From Eledone cirrhosa (Eukaryota), in contig OZ024745.1 of assembly GCA_964016885.1 (NCBI GenBank), positions 29,512,001 through 29,576,000 on the forward strand: DNA of 64,000 bases. Reading direction: 5' to 3'. Every line of letters begins with the position of its first letter. Within the stretch, counting starts at the first letter, position 1. The notes beneath the pieces were generated by a model. The model worked only from the letters and a program-made list of their open reading frames with translations, was not told the origin of the DNA and did no database searches. A program made the position numbers and the translations under genes. Below are positions 12,649 to 25,149 of the stretch, piece by piece.

Positions 12649-14150
12649 CTGAGATGAAAATAGACTAAATCCTATATAGATTTTGCATATTGAATATTTG
12701 CTGGGGTGTTCATCATCATCATTGTCATTATCATTACCATCATCAGCATCATCATTACCATCATCATCATAACGACCACCATATGTACCAACCAATCCAC
12801 CCACCTATGCCTTTCTATACAGTTTTCATCCACTCAGTATCATATGCATGGCTGTGTATGGGAAGGTCAACCTTTTAAATCAAATATACTGACCAGCCTA
12901 TGGCTAATTACGCAGTTTTCCATCCTCTCAATATCACATGCCAGGTTGGATTTGACCTGAGGGTATGTTGGAAGACAATTAATGGAAGATGGAATTTAAT
13001 AAACCACATGGTCATGAGCCTCTTATCTTAACTAGTTGATTTGGCAACCATATTCTCTCTCTCTTTCTCACACACTCTCTCTCTCTCTCTCTCTCTACAC
13101 ACACCACCCACTCAGAACAACAACAATAACAACAACAACAAAAGTAACATCAACAACAACAGCAATAATAACAATAACAACAATACCACTACCACCAACA
13201 CAATGATGATGGTGGTAGTGGTGATGTTGAAGATGGTGATAGTGATGATGATGATAATGATGGTGGTGGAGGTGATAATGAAAGACACTACCTATGATTT
13301 TCAAATAATTTTGAAAATAATCAAGAATACGTAGGGATTTCTCATTATTAAATTGGTGTTTCTTATATAAAATTAAGATGGAAAGTTTCTAGATAAATAT
13401 TATAAACACATTCAAGCAAACAGTTTTGAATTGTAGAACTCAAGGTGGCTTCAGGCACTTTGGTATCAAAGGTGTTAACAAATATTTAGATAGAAGACAT
13501 GGTAAAGACTATGAAAGCTGAAAGATTTAGCTCAAATGTGGAGAAGGAGAAAGAGGAAGAAAGTGTTTATCTTTGCTTGACAAGAACAATGAATTTGAAG
13601 AAATCATTGATAAAACAACAATTATGAACAAAATACAATGAGAAGAGATAGGAAATATTGGACATGAACCAAAATAGATGTTACAATCAGACATTTTAAA
13701 GTGTGTGAATTTATCCAACTGTCAGTCATCTATATGTGAATGGAAGAAGTTGGCACGCAGATAGACAAACAGACAGACATGAATAAACCATTTACATACA
13801 AGATCATCTACAAGAAAAACAATTGTTATTTACTGTTAACATATTATTAACATTTTCATTGCCATATTTCTAATGAAAGATACTTTCTATGATTTTAAAA
13901 TAATTTTGAAAATAATTGGCAACTTGGAGGATTTTAGTAATATAACTAACTTTCTCATGATTAAGTTAGGATTTGGGACATAAAGGTTCTTATATGAAAT
14001 TATGATGGTAGGTTTTCAAATGTATAGAAACACTTTAACTCTCTGTTTCCATATGCTAAATGAAACACTGATTTCCAAATAATTTTGAAAGTATTCTGAA
14101 ATTTGGAAAGATTTAGTAATATAACTTTCTCATTATATATATATACAGAT

Positions 14151-14185
<35 letters not shown>

Positions 14186-14647
14186 CACACATACACACAC
14201 ACAACTCTCTCTTTGATCAACCTGATTAATTCTTTCCATAAGTGCAAAATTATTGAGGAACTGGGTTGAAGTTCTGCCATGGCTAACATCAACTTCGTGT
14301 TCAGAGTGTTGGGCTCTCAATCGTGATGTTGTGAGTTCAATTCCTGTACCTGGCAGTGCATTGTGTCCTTGAGCAAGACACTTTATTTTCACATTGCTCC
14401 AGTTCACTCAGCTGTAGAAATGAGTTGTAACATCCCTTGTGCCAAACTCTATCAGATTTTGCCTTTCCATTAGATAACATTGGTGGCATGGAGAGGAGAG
14501 ATTGGTATGCATTAGCAATTACTGGTCTTCCATCAAAAAATACCTTGCCCAGGCTTGTACCTCAGAAGGGAACTTTTTAGGTGCAAATCCCATGGTTATT
14601 CATGATTGAAGAAGGGGGGGGCCTACGATTTTATTTCACTTTCATTG

Positions 14648-14836
14648 GGTGGTGGATTGGCAGTATCGGTAGAGCGTCAGACACCATCGTTTGCAGCATA
14701 GAGTTATGGCCCTTTGCGTTCTGATTTCAAATCCTGCCGAGGTTAATTTTACCTTTCATCCTTATGGGGCCGATAAAATAAAGCACCACTAATGCACTGG
14801 GATAATTGCTGGCCTTGTACCAAAAGTAGAAACAGT
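14648..14836 (+). mobile_element. Second tRNA-derived SINE family (CORE/MIR-like body)
   Basis: gggtggtggattggcagtatcggtagag...cctttcatcc...gataaaataaag; copies at 19465-19670, 28790-28985, 28995-29100, 34900-35090, 35645-35850, 44145-44325 and 59690-60075. Confidence 0.75.
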
Positions 14837-14855
14837 TATATATATATATTGACAG

Positions 14856-15196
14856 GTGGCACATGGCTTAGTGGTTAGAGCATTGGCCTTGCAATCGAAA
14901 GGTTGTGAGTTCAATTCTCAGACCAGGTGATGTGTTGTGTCCTTGAGCAAGACACTTTATTTCACATTGCTCCAGTTTACTCAGCTGTAGAAATGAGATG
15001 ATAGGGACTGGGGTCCATATCATTCCACTATAAAGTGGACGTAGAGGTGCCACGGCAAAAAAAAGCACCCAGCACTCACTGTAAATGAGGTTGGTGTTAG
15101 GAAGGGCATCCAGCTGTAGAAATCAAGCCAGAATCAGTTCCCGTCCCACCCTTGCAAGCAGGGAAAGGCGGACGTAAAATGATGATGATGATGATG
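14856..15196 (+). mobile_element. tRNA-derived SINE with RTE-type 3' tail
   Basis: A and B boxes; 3' end matches the RTE 3' terminus; (GAT)n tail. Confidence 0.85.
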
Positions 15197-15509
15197 ACAG
15201 GTAAGTATATTTTGAGACAGCGAGCGAGTTTGAAATTAGAAATAGAAGCTTTCGCTGTATTTTTGACTAAAGAAATTTTGGCCTGATAGTGGGGTTTAGA
15301 ATCCGCAAAGAAATGGAAAAAGATGAGTATTGGCGTACATGGGAGTTGAATCCATGTTGTGTTGTGTTGCGTTGCGTCATGTCGCATTGTGTTGCACGTT
15401 GCATTGCGCGGTGCAGTGCAGTACCGGGCTGTGTCATGTCGCATCACGGTGGGATCGGGTCACGTTGCGTTAGTGACATCTCAATAAGCAAGAGTCAGAA
15501 TGAGACACA

Positions 15510-15930
15510 CACGCAACTCAAAGTTCTTATGCGACAACCTACTGCACGCAACTGAAGAGACTTGTGGCTGGAGCAAAGCTCCAACCAGACAGAGGGTGAC
15601 TTGGTGGTGGAACAGCATGGTAGATAGAGCCATTAAAGATAAAAGACAAGCATGGATGGATTGGAAAAATGGGGGAGTAGAGACCAATACTCAGCCACTA
15701 AAAGTGTACATAGCACACAGGGAACCTGGGGGTAGAGATTTACCAATGTTTTGTGATGAGAGGATCAGAGACGTGAGGTATTTCACATTGCAAGGCAGTG
15801 TGTCAGTGTAAATCAGGTTGTTGTTGGAGATAACTGTGTTTGAAATGATGCCAGTGCACTTAGCATCACTGATGCTGAGAAAAAGGAGGTCTGGAAATGT
15901 CACTATGAAAGACTGATGAATGTTGAGAAT
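15510..15930 (+). mobile_element. Decayed RTE internal fragment
   Basis: ETCGWSKAPTRQRVTWWWN matches the ORF at 21844-22560. Confidence 0.85.
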
Positions 15931-16321
15931 ACACATGTTACAATACATACAATACAGGAGGAGAAACATGATAATAGTACCACTGATGATGTTGCAGATG
16001 TGCAACGAAAGAACTTTGTTAGACTATATATCATCATCATATATATTTATATCTGTATTTTTGACTGTTGGTCAGTCAGTTTTAAACATTGATGGCCAAA
16101 TGAATTAACTATGGAGATATAAAAGATGCAGAAGCGAAAACCAACCAAACAGTGAGTGTGTTCTGTTATTATTTCTGGCAATATTATTACAACAATATGA
16201 CCCTCCCCAAGTATAACAATATTTGTTTTGACACACGATTTCATATAAAAAACCTAGCAAAACAAATTCATTGCCATCATATATATATATATATATAGTA
16301 TATGTGTGTGTATATATTTAC

Positions 16322-16435
16322 TTTGGCATGGGAAGTTCTTTACAAGTCAACAGTGGGTCAATAAGCTCCACATCATGTGTGTTGGCACTAGCAGATGACA
16401 TATGCCTCGAGTGACTGGCTTCTGATAAGCTAGAC
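16322..16435 (-). CDS. Candidate 114-nt internal exon (SSLSEASHSRHMSSASANTHDVELIDPLLTCKELPMPK)
   Basis: ttattgtag acceptor, gtaaat donor, phase 2-2, open frame in non-repetitive sequence. Confidence 0.35.
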
Positions 16436-17171
16436 CTACAATAACAACAACAACAATGATTAATTGAACAGACAAAGAATAAAACATTTATTTTAACTAA
16501 CAACAACAACATTTTTACGCCCACCTTTCCTGTACATGTGTTTCTTTCATCAGCACCTCTATGAAATCCAGCATTCTGAGATCAGTTCTCACCATTTCTG
16601 CCCAGGTTTCCCTTGGTCTTTTTTGCATTGAAATCTGTTGGTAATTTTTCACCCAACAATCATACATACAAACACATCATGTGTCCATACAAGGGCAGTC
16701 TTCTATTCCTCTTATTCCCAGTTATTCTCTCACCTCATCCATGCTTCATCATTTCATGCACACTATCATTACACATCTAGCAGAATACACTAACCCCTGT
16801 CTTTTCAAACCTCAAATATTTTGTATTCAATATAAATGTTTCACTACGATGTAACTCTGTTTTTCATATGAAGAAGAGAGAGGGGAGGGGGGGATTTGTC
16901 TATGAAATATAAAGTTGAAATGTAATAGAGTAAATGTATGTGAATTATAAGATAAACAATGTAAATCTTTTTGTGAAATAGAAGTTAATGTAAACCTGTT
17001 TCTTATGAACTATTATCGAGTGAGATCGAAAGAACAAGTTATGAAAACAAACTGAACCAAGTTTGATAAATATATCTTAAAAAATAAAACTACTGTGTTA
17101 TTTTTTCCTAGACAGTAATCTTGCGAACAAATATCGTCCGTACCCTGTGTATATATATATATATATATATA

Positions 17172-18050
17172 TTAGAGAAGTCCCAAACCTGGAACTATGG
17201 CCTAGATTCAGAAGGTCTTAAAGTTAACTTTTCAATGACTAAAGTGCTAATTTGTAGAAAGGAAAATGACCCAGATTCCCTCAGGGAAATGGCCTTGCTT
17301 AGTGTGCAGGAAAAGAGTTGGTAGAAATTCCATCCTATGTCCCAAATGGAAGCCATGGGTACATAAAACATATTGTGGGATCACAGGATGTAGATTTTAT
17401 AATGATCCACAGGTGTAGTAAGTAGAAAGCGCTTACAGGATACTAGCTCCTTCAAATGCCCAAATGGCTCTGTAGAAATAGTCAACAGTTTCCATTGCCT
17501 GGGTGACCAAATCAGCAGTGAAGGAGGGCGTTCCAAAAGAACAGTAGCCAGAGTAAGAACGGGATGGAGAAAGTTAGGGAGCTACTACCGCTGATGGCTA
17601 CAAAAAGTTTTTCTTTCAAAATAAAGAGCAGATTGTACAATGCATGTATACAAACAGCAATGTTGCATGGTACTATGTGCAGGGTATCTGCAAAGATTGG
17701 AAAGAAATGAAGCATGCATGCTCTGATGGATGTGTAATGAACAGCAAAGCGTAAATGAGAAATTAGGCATAAGAGGGATCAGATGCAGTGTGCAAGAGAG
17801 GAGATTGGTTGGTATGGCCATGTGATGTATATGAAGCATGACATCTATATAAAAAGGTGTAGGACAATCAAAGTTGTTGGAAGCTATGGAATAGGAAGAC
17901 TCAGGAAGACTTGGGACAAGGTGATAAAAACTGACATTGCACAATTGCACTTCTCAAAGATAATAACACAGGATGGAAATCTGTGGCATTATGCAGTAAT
18001 ACAGAAGACCTGCCTTCCCATGCACATGGATTAAAGCGTACATATGTCTA
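17172..18050 (+). mobile_element. Decayed RTE 3' half
   Basis: GLKVNFSMTKVL and IGWYGHVMYMK remnants with stops and frameshifts. Confidence 0.85.
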
Positions 18051-18179
18051 GTATGCACCTCTTAACCACTATCCTCCCTTCCTCCTTCCATAGACCTCCC
18101 ACACCCTAGCACCCCATCCATATCTGTTCTCATCACCCTTCACCCATACCTTTAAATCTCCTGCCCCAGTAGATCTTTC

Positions 18180-19045
18180 CTGTAATCAGGCCTGGACACA
18201 ATGCAGCAAAGGATTATGGACTGGCAACTCAAGCAGGCTGTGGACAAGTGTACCACCATGCAATTTGGGAGGAAAAACCCAGCATCCACATATTCCCTCC
18301 ACCAACTCTAATCTCAAGAAGTCTTCTTGTGAATGCATTCTGGGCATTACTGTCAGCAGTGATTTGCATTGGATAAAGCTCATCTCTAAAATTGTCAAGA
18401 AGGCCAAGGGTGCCTTAGCATCACTCAGTAAGACCTTTGTCAGCCGCTCTCCAGCTATCTATTTAAAGCAGGATATAGCTATAGTGTGGCCACACTTAGA
18501 ATTTACATCACCAGTCTGAACCCCTATCTTGCTCAGAATATTGACCTCTGGGAAACTGTTCAGAGACGTGCAACTAAGCGAATACCCTCCATAAAGCATC
18601 TACCATACTCTGAACGCCTTGCTTCTCTGGGCTGATGGATACATTGAAACTCCAACATCTGGCAATGGACTTGGTAAACACCCACAAAATTATTAACCAT
18701 CTTGCCAACAACAACCCTGAGCACCTTTTTGAATTCCATGTGTCTAACACCCATGGACATGTGTACAAAATCAGAAAACAGTACAGCTCCCATGAATTTC
18801 AGAAACATTTTTTCACGCTTAGAGTTGCTGAAGCATGGAACAAACTACCTGCATGAGTTGTTAGCTGCTGGGACACTGTATCCTTCAAAACTTCCATGCT
18901 TCCCAAAATTCGCCAAAACTACAGCTGATGTTCCCCCTCTATACACACTGTTCACTTTCCTGACTTTTGTACGTTATTCTATGTACTATACCTTTGATGA
19001 GTTGTAGTGCACCTGAGCATTGTACATACTAATTTCATTATCATT
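18180..19045 (+). mobile_element. CR1/L2-like LINE 3' fragment
   Basis: LGITVSSDL.W, PHLEF.SPV, FFTLRVAEAWNKLP; same family as 56570-57432. Confidence 0.85.
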
Positions 19046-19268
19046 AATAAAGTAAGCAGCTATCAAAGTTAACAAAATTGATTGAAAACAGACAACATTT
19101 GCTGGTGAAGAAATAAACACAATCACACGCATATTTATGTGCCTGTGTGTATGTGTGTTTTTTGCATAAATATGTGATATGTGTGTATATGTATACTTTT
19201 TAATCTCCCTTTCTGTAAAGTGTGAAACTAATAAGACATTTTGTATCTATGTTTTGTCATTTCCTTGG

Positions 19269-19301
<33 letters not shown>

Positions 19302-19308
19302 TTACATG

Positions 19309-19386
19309 CAGAGTGTCCCCTCAAAAATATACACACACTTCAACAGCAGTCTAATCAAAGTGTGTATACATTTTTGGGGCACCCAG
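19309..19386. mobile_element. Tiny Tc1-like MITE
   Basis: cagagtgtcccctcaaaaatatacacac / gtgtgtatacatttttggggcacccag imperfect TIRs. Confidence 0.5.
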
Positions 19387-20337
19387 TACATGTGTGTATA
19401 TATATGTGTATACATACATACATATACACACATATATATATGCACACATATAACTGTTTTTTACTTTAGGCACAAAGCCATCAGTTTTTTTAGGGGGAGG
19501 GGGGATGTTGATTAAATCGACCCCAGTGCATTACTGGGGCTTTATTATATAGACTTCGTAGAGAAATAAGGCAAAGCTAACTTCGGTGGGATTTGAACTC
19601 ACAATATAAAGGGCCGTAACTCTATGCCGTGAAGCATGGTGTCCGACTCTCTACTGACACTGCCAATCCATCATAACGTTTGTTTGAAAGTAAACTGAAA
19701 TATATTTTTCTTTGTTCATCATTAAAATAAATTAAAAAAAGATTTGGATTCTCTTTCTATCATTCAAAAATATAATACGATGTATGATGTGAAAGAGATT
19801 TGGCTGTTGTGCTTAGCATTTTCTTTTGTATAAGTTTCAATGTACGGCTGCCGTTTCTAGCATTTCTGTTAACCATTTATATGTCAACAAGCAGTGACAA
19901 AAGTCTCATATTTACCTCCCTTTGACCGTGATATTTACCTGAGTTTTATAAACTAGTAACATCACTAATTTTGTTTATAACTTTCATAATAATTCATATT
20001 TTTCATTGCAATTTTATAGAGATATTTATTAAAGTGTGTAGATTACAGGACTGGAAAGTAATATATAAATTTAAAATAGATTTGACCAAGACTAGTATAT
20101 GTGATTAACAGTATATTTCTATGCTATTCCTCTCGATTACTGACACATTAAATGTATCAACGGTTTGAGCGAGATTTCGTGGCTACTACTAGCATTGCCT
20201 AAGACACCAGAAAAAATTATTTCACTGGTGTTCCCATAATTTTACAAAACTGGTTTGATGGAGATTTGAGGTTATTTTCAATGGGTGTTATGTCATATTT
20301 ATATATGTGTTTATATATATATATATGTGTTTATATA

Positions 20338-23300
20338 TCATCATCATCATCATCATTTTACGTCCGCTCTTCCCTGCTTGCAAGGGTGGGACGGGTCTTA
20401 TTCAGCACAGCATCTCTCCACTCGTCACGTCACTACCACGTCTTCCTTCAACTGGCATTTCCTGGCACTTCTTCACCCATCGGTCATCCTCCATGCGCAT
20501 CACATGTCCATACCACCCCAGTCTCCTCTCCAGTACACTACATTCTATCTCTCTCAACACATTCATGCTGGGTCGTTCATGCACATTGACACTGCACATC
20601 CAATGGAGCATGCTTGCCTCATTTCTCTCCAGCCGTCGCATATCCTCTGCAGTTGCTGCCCATGTCTCACTACCATGCAGCAATGTGCTCCTCACATAGG
20701 CATCATATAACCGGCCATTCGTACGCAGGGAGAAACCCTTCTTCGCCAGCAGAGGAAGCAGCTCCCTAAACTTCTTCCAACCCGTCCTTATTCTAGATAC
20801 TATGGCCTTGGACCCCCCCCCCCCCCCCCCCCCTCCCATGCTAATCTGATCTCCTAGGTACCGGAAGCTATCCACCACTTCTATAGCACCCGCCTGCATT
20901 TGAAAAATGTGTCTATCAATGCGACTTCTACTGTCTAATTTCCCTGTACATCTACTGCATACATATTTCTCCCATCCTGTTAGTTTGCCTGCTATCCCGC
21001 TACATCTCTTGTGTACCCAGGACCTGCATTGTGTGCATTTTATAGAATCTATGGCAGTTACTTTTCTGCATATCGAACATGGCCATTTCCCTGCCGGAAT
21101 CAGATTTTTGTCCTCTTTTCTACTCATCAACACTTTTGTCTTAGCTATGTTCACTCTCAGTCCTCTTGCTTCCAGCTGCTGTTTCCATAGCCAGAATTTA
21201 TTCTCTAGCTCCTCTACTGATTCTGCTATAAGAACCAGATCGTCAGCATAGAGAAGTTCCCATGGACAGTCAGTCTTAAACTCCCCTGTTATGGCTTGGA
21301 GGACTATAATGAACAAGAGCGGGCTGAGGACCGAACCTTGATGTACTCCTACTTGTATCTGGAATTCCTCACTAAACTCCATTCCTACCCTAACTTTACT
21401 GACAGTACCTCTGTACAAAGTTTGCACTGTTCTCACAAGCCATTCCTCAACACCTAGTTTCCTTAGGGACCACCAGATGACAGATCGGGGTACCCTATCA
21501 AAGGTCTTCTCTAGGTCAACAAAGGCTAAGTATAGAGGCTTATTTTTCTCTAAGAACCTCTCTTGCAATTGTCTCACCAAGAAGAGGGCATCTGTTGTAC
21601 TCTTCCCAGGCACAAAACCAAACTGCATCTCATCTATTTTGACCCTTTCTCTAATTAGTTGTGCTAATATCCTTTCTGCCACTTTCATAACCTGATCCAT
21701 CAGTTTTATACCCCTAAAATTGCTCCTCTCCAGAAAATTCCCTTTACCTTTGTAGCAATTTATGAGAATACTGCTGTACCAGTCTTTGGGTATGACACCA
21801 CCATATATAGCCTGATTGATGATGCGTGCAACCAGTTTAGTGCCTACGTCCCTGATGCCTTCAGCATCTCAGTAACTATTCCCGATGGTCCAGCAGCCTT
21901 ACCATTTGTCATTTCCTTAATCGCCTCTTGGACCCTATATTCGTCAATCTCAATAGCTGGTCCCTCTGTCGGATCTACCGAGGGTAATTTCTCTCTCTCC
22001 CATTCGTTCTCCACATTCATCAGTCTCTCATAATGACATTTGCAGGCCTCCTTTTTCTGATCATTCGTGACACTAAGTACACCGGCATCATTCCGGACAC
22101 ATTTATCTCCAACAACATCCTGATTTGCATTGACACACTGCCTTGCAATGTGGAACACCGCACGCCTCTGATCTTCCCGTCGCAGAACATTGGCAAACCT
22201 CCTACTCTCAGCCTCCCTGCGTGCTAAGTACACCTGACGTCTAGCTTCTCTCTTAGCGGCTGTATATTCTTCCCTACTCCCACCCTTTTTCCAAGCCTTC
22301 CATGCTAGTCTTTTGTCTCTAATGGCCTTATCTACTGTGCTGTTCCACCACCAGGTCACTCTCTGTCTGGTTGGAGCTCTGTTCCAGCCACAAGTTTCAT
22401 CAGTAGCCTGCAGTAAGTTGTCACGTAAGAAATTCCAGTTATTATCTATGTCATACGTCTCTAAATCGTCTTCTTTTTCGTCATACACATCTTGAAGGGC
22501 TTTCCTAAATTTGTATTTTAGTGAAAGGTCTTTTAGCTTCCAGACCTTTCTTCTCCACACTTTCCTGTATGTCTCATTCCATCTCTTGCTTACTGAGATA
22601 TCACTAACGACTAACCTATGTTGTGGGGGTACATTCTTCCCCAGGGTATGTCTTGGTATTAGACACTATCTGCCTGTCCCGCTGCCTAACTAGTAAAAAG
22701 TCAATCTGGCTTATGTGCTCGCCAGATTTGTAAGTTATTAGGTGATTGGCAGGTTTCTGGAAGTTTGTGTTGCAAATAGTCAGTGTACTTGCATCACAAA
22801 ATTCAAGAAGTCACACTCCTTCATTTCTTGAGCCGTAACCGTGCCCACCATAAACTCCAGTGTAACCATCCTGGAGCTGTCCAACATGACCATTGAAGTC
22901 CCCTGCTAGCATAACGATGTCTCCGTCCTCTGTAATTGCGGTTGTTTGTAAAAGTTGCTCGTAAAAGCAGTCTTTCTTATCTTTGCCTAGGCCTGTTTGG
23001 GGAGCATAAGCAGAGATGATTGTCAGTATTCTCCTGCCTACAACTAATCTAAGCTTAATTATTCGATTACTAACTCGAACTACCTCTATTGTCTTATTGA
23101 TCCATCTCTCAGCCAGGAAAATGCCTATTCCCCCTAACCCATCATCCTTACCTACCCAGAAAAGCTTATAGCTAAGATGTTTGCCTACGACTAGTCTCGC
23201 AGAGGCACCTCTCCATCTCACCTCTTGCACGCAGCGCACATCCACATGCCTTCTCTCCAGCATCTCCGCTATTTCAGCAGATCTACCTCTGAGAGCGCCA

Positions 23301-23340
23301 ACATTAAGTGTTGCAACTCTGAGATGCGACGTCTTCATAT
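20338..23340 (-). mobile_element. Near full-length RTE LINE ORF (APE, RT, PHD-type finger), disabled by a few frameshifts and stops
   Basis: APE motifs VATLNVG, CVQEVRW, ISAYAPQ, AGDFNGHVG; RT motifs FVDLEKTFDRV, QGSVLSP, YADD; (GAT)n tail. Confidence 0.95.
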
Positions 23341-23544
23341 TTTGTTGTTGTTCCTATCTATTTGTTGCTGTGCTGCTAAGCGTTTTGGCATTGATATATA
23401 TATATATGTGTGTGTGTGTGTCTGATGGTAGCTAAGATGCTTCCATAGGCGGTATGCCGGTTGAGCACTCTATGCTCTTACAGAGCAGAGTATGGTATAA
23501 TATAAAACGAAAAATCAGTGATGCATCTGAAATCAATTTATTGT

Positions 23545-23633
23545 GTGTTACAATTGTTTCGCCGGCGGACAGCTCGAGACACGATCATTGCATGGATCTT
23601 GTCTGATTCTGGGCCTGCGGGCTCGTCGGACAC
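23545..23633 (-). ncRNA. Type I hammerhead (core variant CCGACGA)
   Basis: gtgt-CCGACGA-gcc...ggc-GAAA-caattg-TA/acac. Confidence 0.65.
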
Positions 23634-23934
23634 GTCAAATGCTTTCGGAGCAAATTCTTTCACTGGGGTGTTGGCGTCAAAACTTTCACTGGGGTGTTGG
23701 CGTCAAAAAACATCCTCTTCGCGCGTCCCGTTATTAGCTGCTGCTTTTCTACATCATCGTAAATCTGACCCAGTAGTAGCTCATCAAAGTGTGGCAGAAT
23801 GGTCAGCCGAATTGGCACCTGTTGGTCAGATTTACGATGACTTAGAAAAGCAGCAGCCAATAACGGGACGCACGAAGAGGATGTTTTTTGACGCCAACAC
23901 CCCAGTGAAAGAATTTGCTCCGAAAGTATTTGAC

Positions 23935-24023
23935 GTATCCGACGAGCCCGCAGGTCCAGAGTCAGACAAGATCCATGCAATGATCGTGTCTCGAGCTGTC
24001 CGCCGGCGAAACAATTGTAACAC
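23935..24023 (+). ncRNA. Type I hammerhead (core variant CCGACGA), mirror copy
   Basis: gtat-CCGACGA-gcc...ggc-GAAA-caattg-TA/acac, then AATAAA. Confidence 0.6.
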
Positions 24024-24074
24024 ACAATAAACTGATTTCAGATGCATCACTGATTTTTCGTTTTATATTATATA

Positions 24075-24488
24075 TCTATATATATAAAAGCAAGTCGGTC
24101 TGTGTGTGTGTGTGTGTCTGTCTGTGTACAAATACTAGGCTCCTTTTAACTTTTGAAGTACTAGGCCGATTTCAACCAAATTTGGCACACATGTTGCTTA
24201 TATGCCAGAGCAGGTTTTGGACAAAAAAAAAAAATAAAAAAAGAAATCTATATTGGGGCCGAAAAATCGATTTTGTGTGTGTATCTGTCTGTGTACAAAT
24301 ACTAGGCTCCTTTTATCTTTTGAAGTACTAGGCCGATTTGGCACGTGCTATTGAGGCGACCTCTCATTGGCTAGCCAATTAGCTGACATAAGCTGACATG
24401 CACTCAGAAATTGCTAGCTAAGCCATAAACGACCTTGAACAATTCAGGCTGTCATTCATTTCCCGAGCAACGCCGGGTACATCTGCTA

Positions 24489-24489
<1 letters not shown>
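24075..24489 (+). mobile_element. Non-autonomous Helitron
   Basis: A|TC start (tctatatatataaaa), 3' hairpin cccgagcaacgccggg, CTAG|T end, no TSD. Confidence 0.85.
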
Positions 24490-24527
<38 letters not shown>

Positions 24528-24535
<8 letters not shown>

Positions 24536-25108
24536 TATAGAGAAAAATACTGCAGGTAGCACATGGATAACATGTAATAAAATAAGTCCCTCATCAGTGA
24601 TTTGCCGAAGATCATAGATATTTCATTGCATTAAAAATCATATATCTCACGTCGGTGCAATAATAACCAAAATAAGTTATTAGGACAATTAAAACGCGTA
24701 AAGCGAGTGAGACAGGAGAACAACAAAGAGTATGGCTAACCGTAGGGGACAGAAACAAGCTTCAAAAATTATTCTGTTTAACATAAGCTAGGTGAATATA
24801 TGAGCGCTTAGAGAATAGATCCTACACGAGCGAGGGCTATGAGCAGAGAGAGAAAAATAGCGTTCGTGGTGTGCAGGATGAAATGAAGAGAAGAGAGAGA
24901 AAAACAGTGAGTGAGTGAAAGTGTGAGGAAGAGTTAACGGACATGACAGAGGGGGAGAAACAGAGAGAATGGGGGAACAGTAAGAGAGAGAGAAAAAAAC
25001 ACAGAATCGCAGTGGTAAATATATGTATTAAAATATAGAGAAAAATACTGCAGGTAGCACATGGATAACATGTAATAAAATAAGTCCCTCATCAGTGATT
25101 TGCCGAAG

Positions 25109-25114
<6 letters not shown>
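24528..25114 (-). mobile_element. 498-bp unit plus 89-bp terminal direct repeat between (TA)n tracts; carries an atypical CTGATGA motif
   Basis: 24528-24616 repeated at 25026-25114; relatives at 29410-29580 (+) and 30250-30400 (+). Confidence 0.65.

Positions 25115-25147
<33 letters not shown>

Positions 25148-25149
<2 letters not shown>

Larger units (their letters stand above)
23496..24072. repeat. Long inverted repeat (about 250-275-bp arms, about 50-bp spacer) with an HHR in each arm
   Basis: The arms are near-exact reverse complements; the left arm has a 26-bp internal tandem duplication. Confidence 0.9.

Noticed and set aside
23518-24050. 170-aa ORF and mirrored ORFs
   Set aside because: By-products of the inverted repeat; no protein motif, and the sequence is better explained as a ribozyme module
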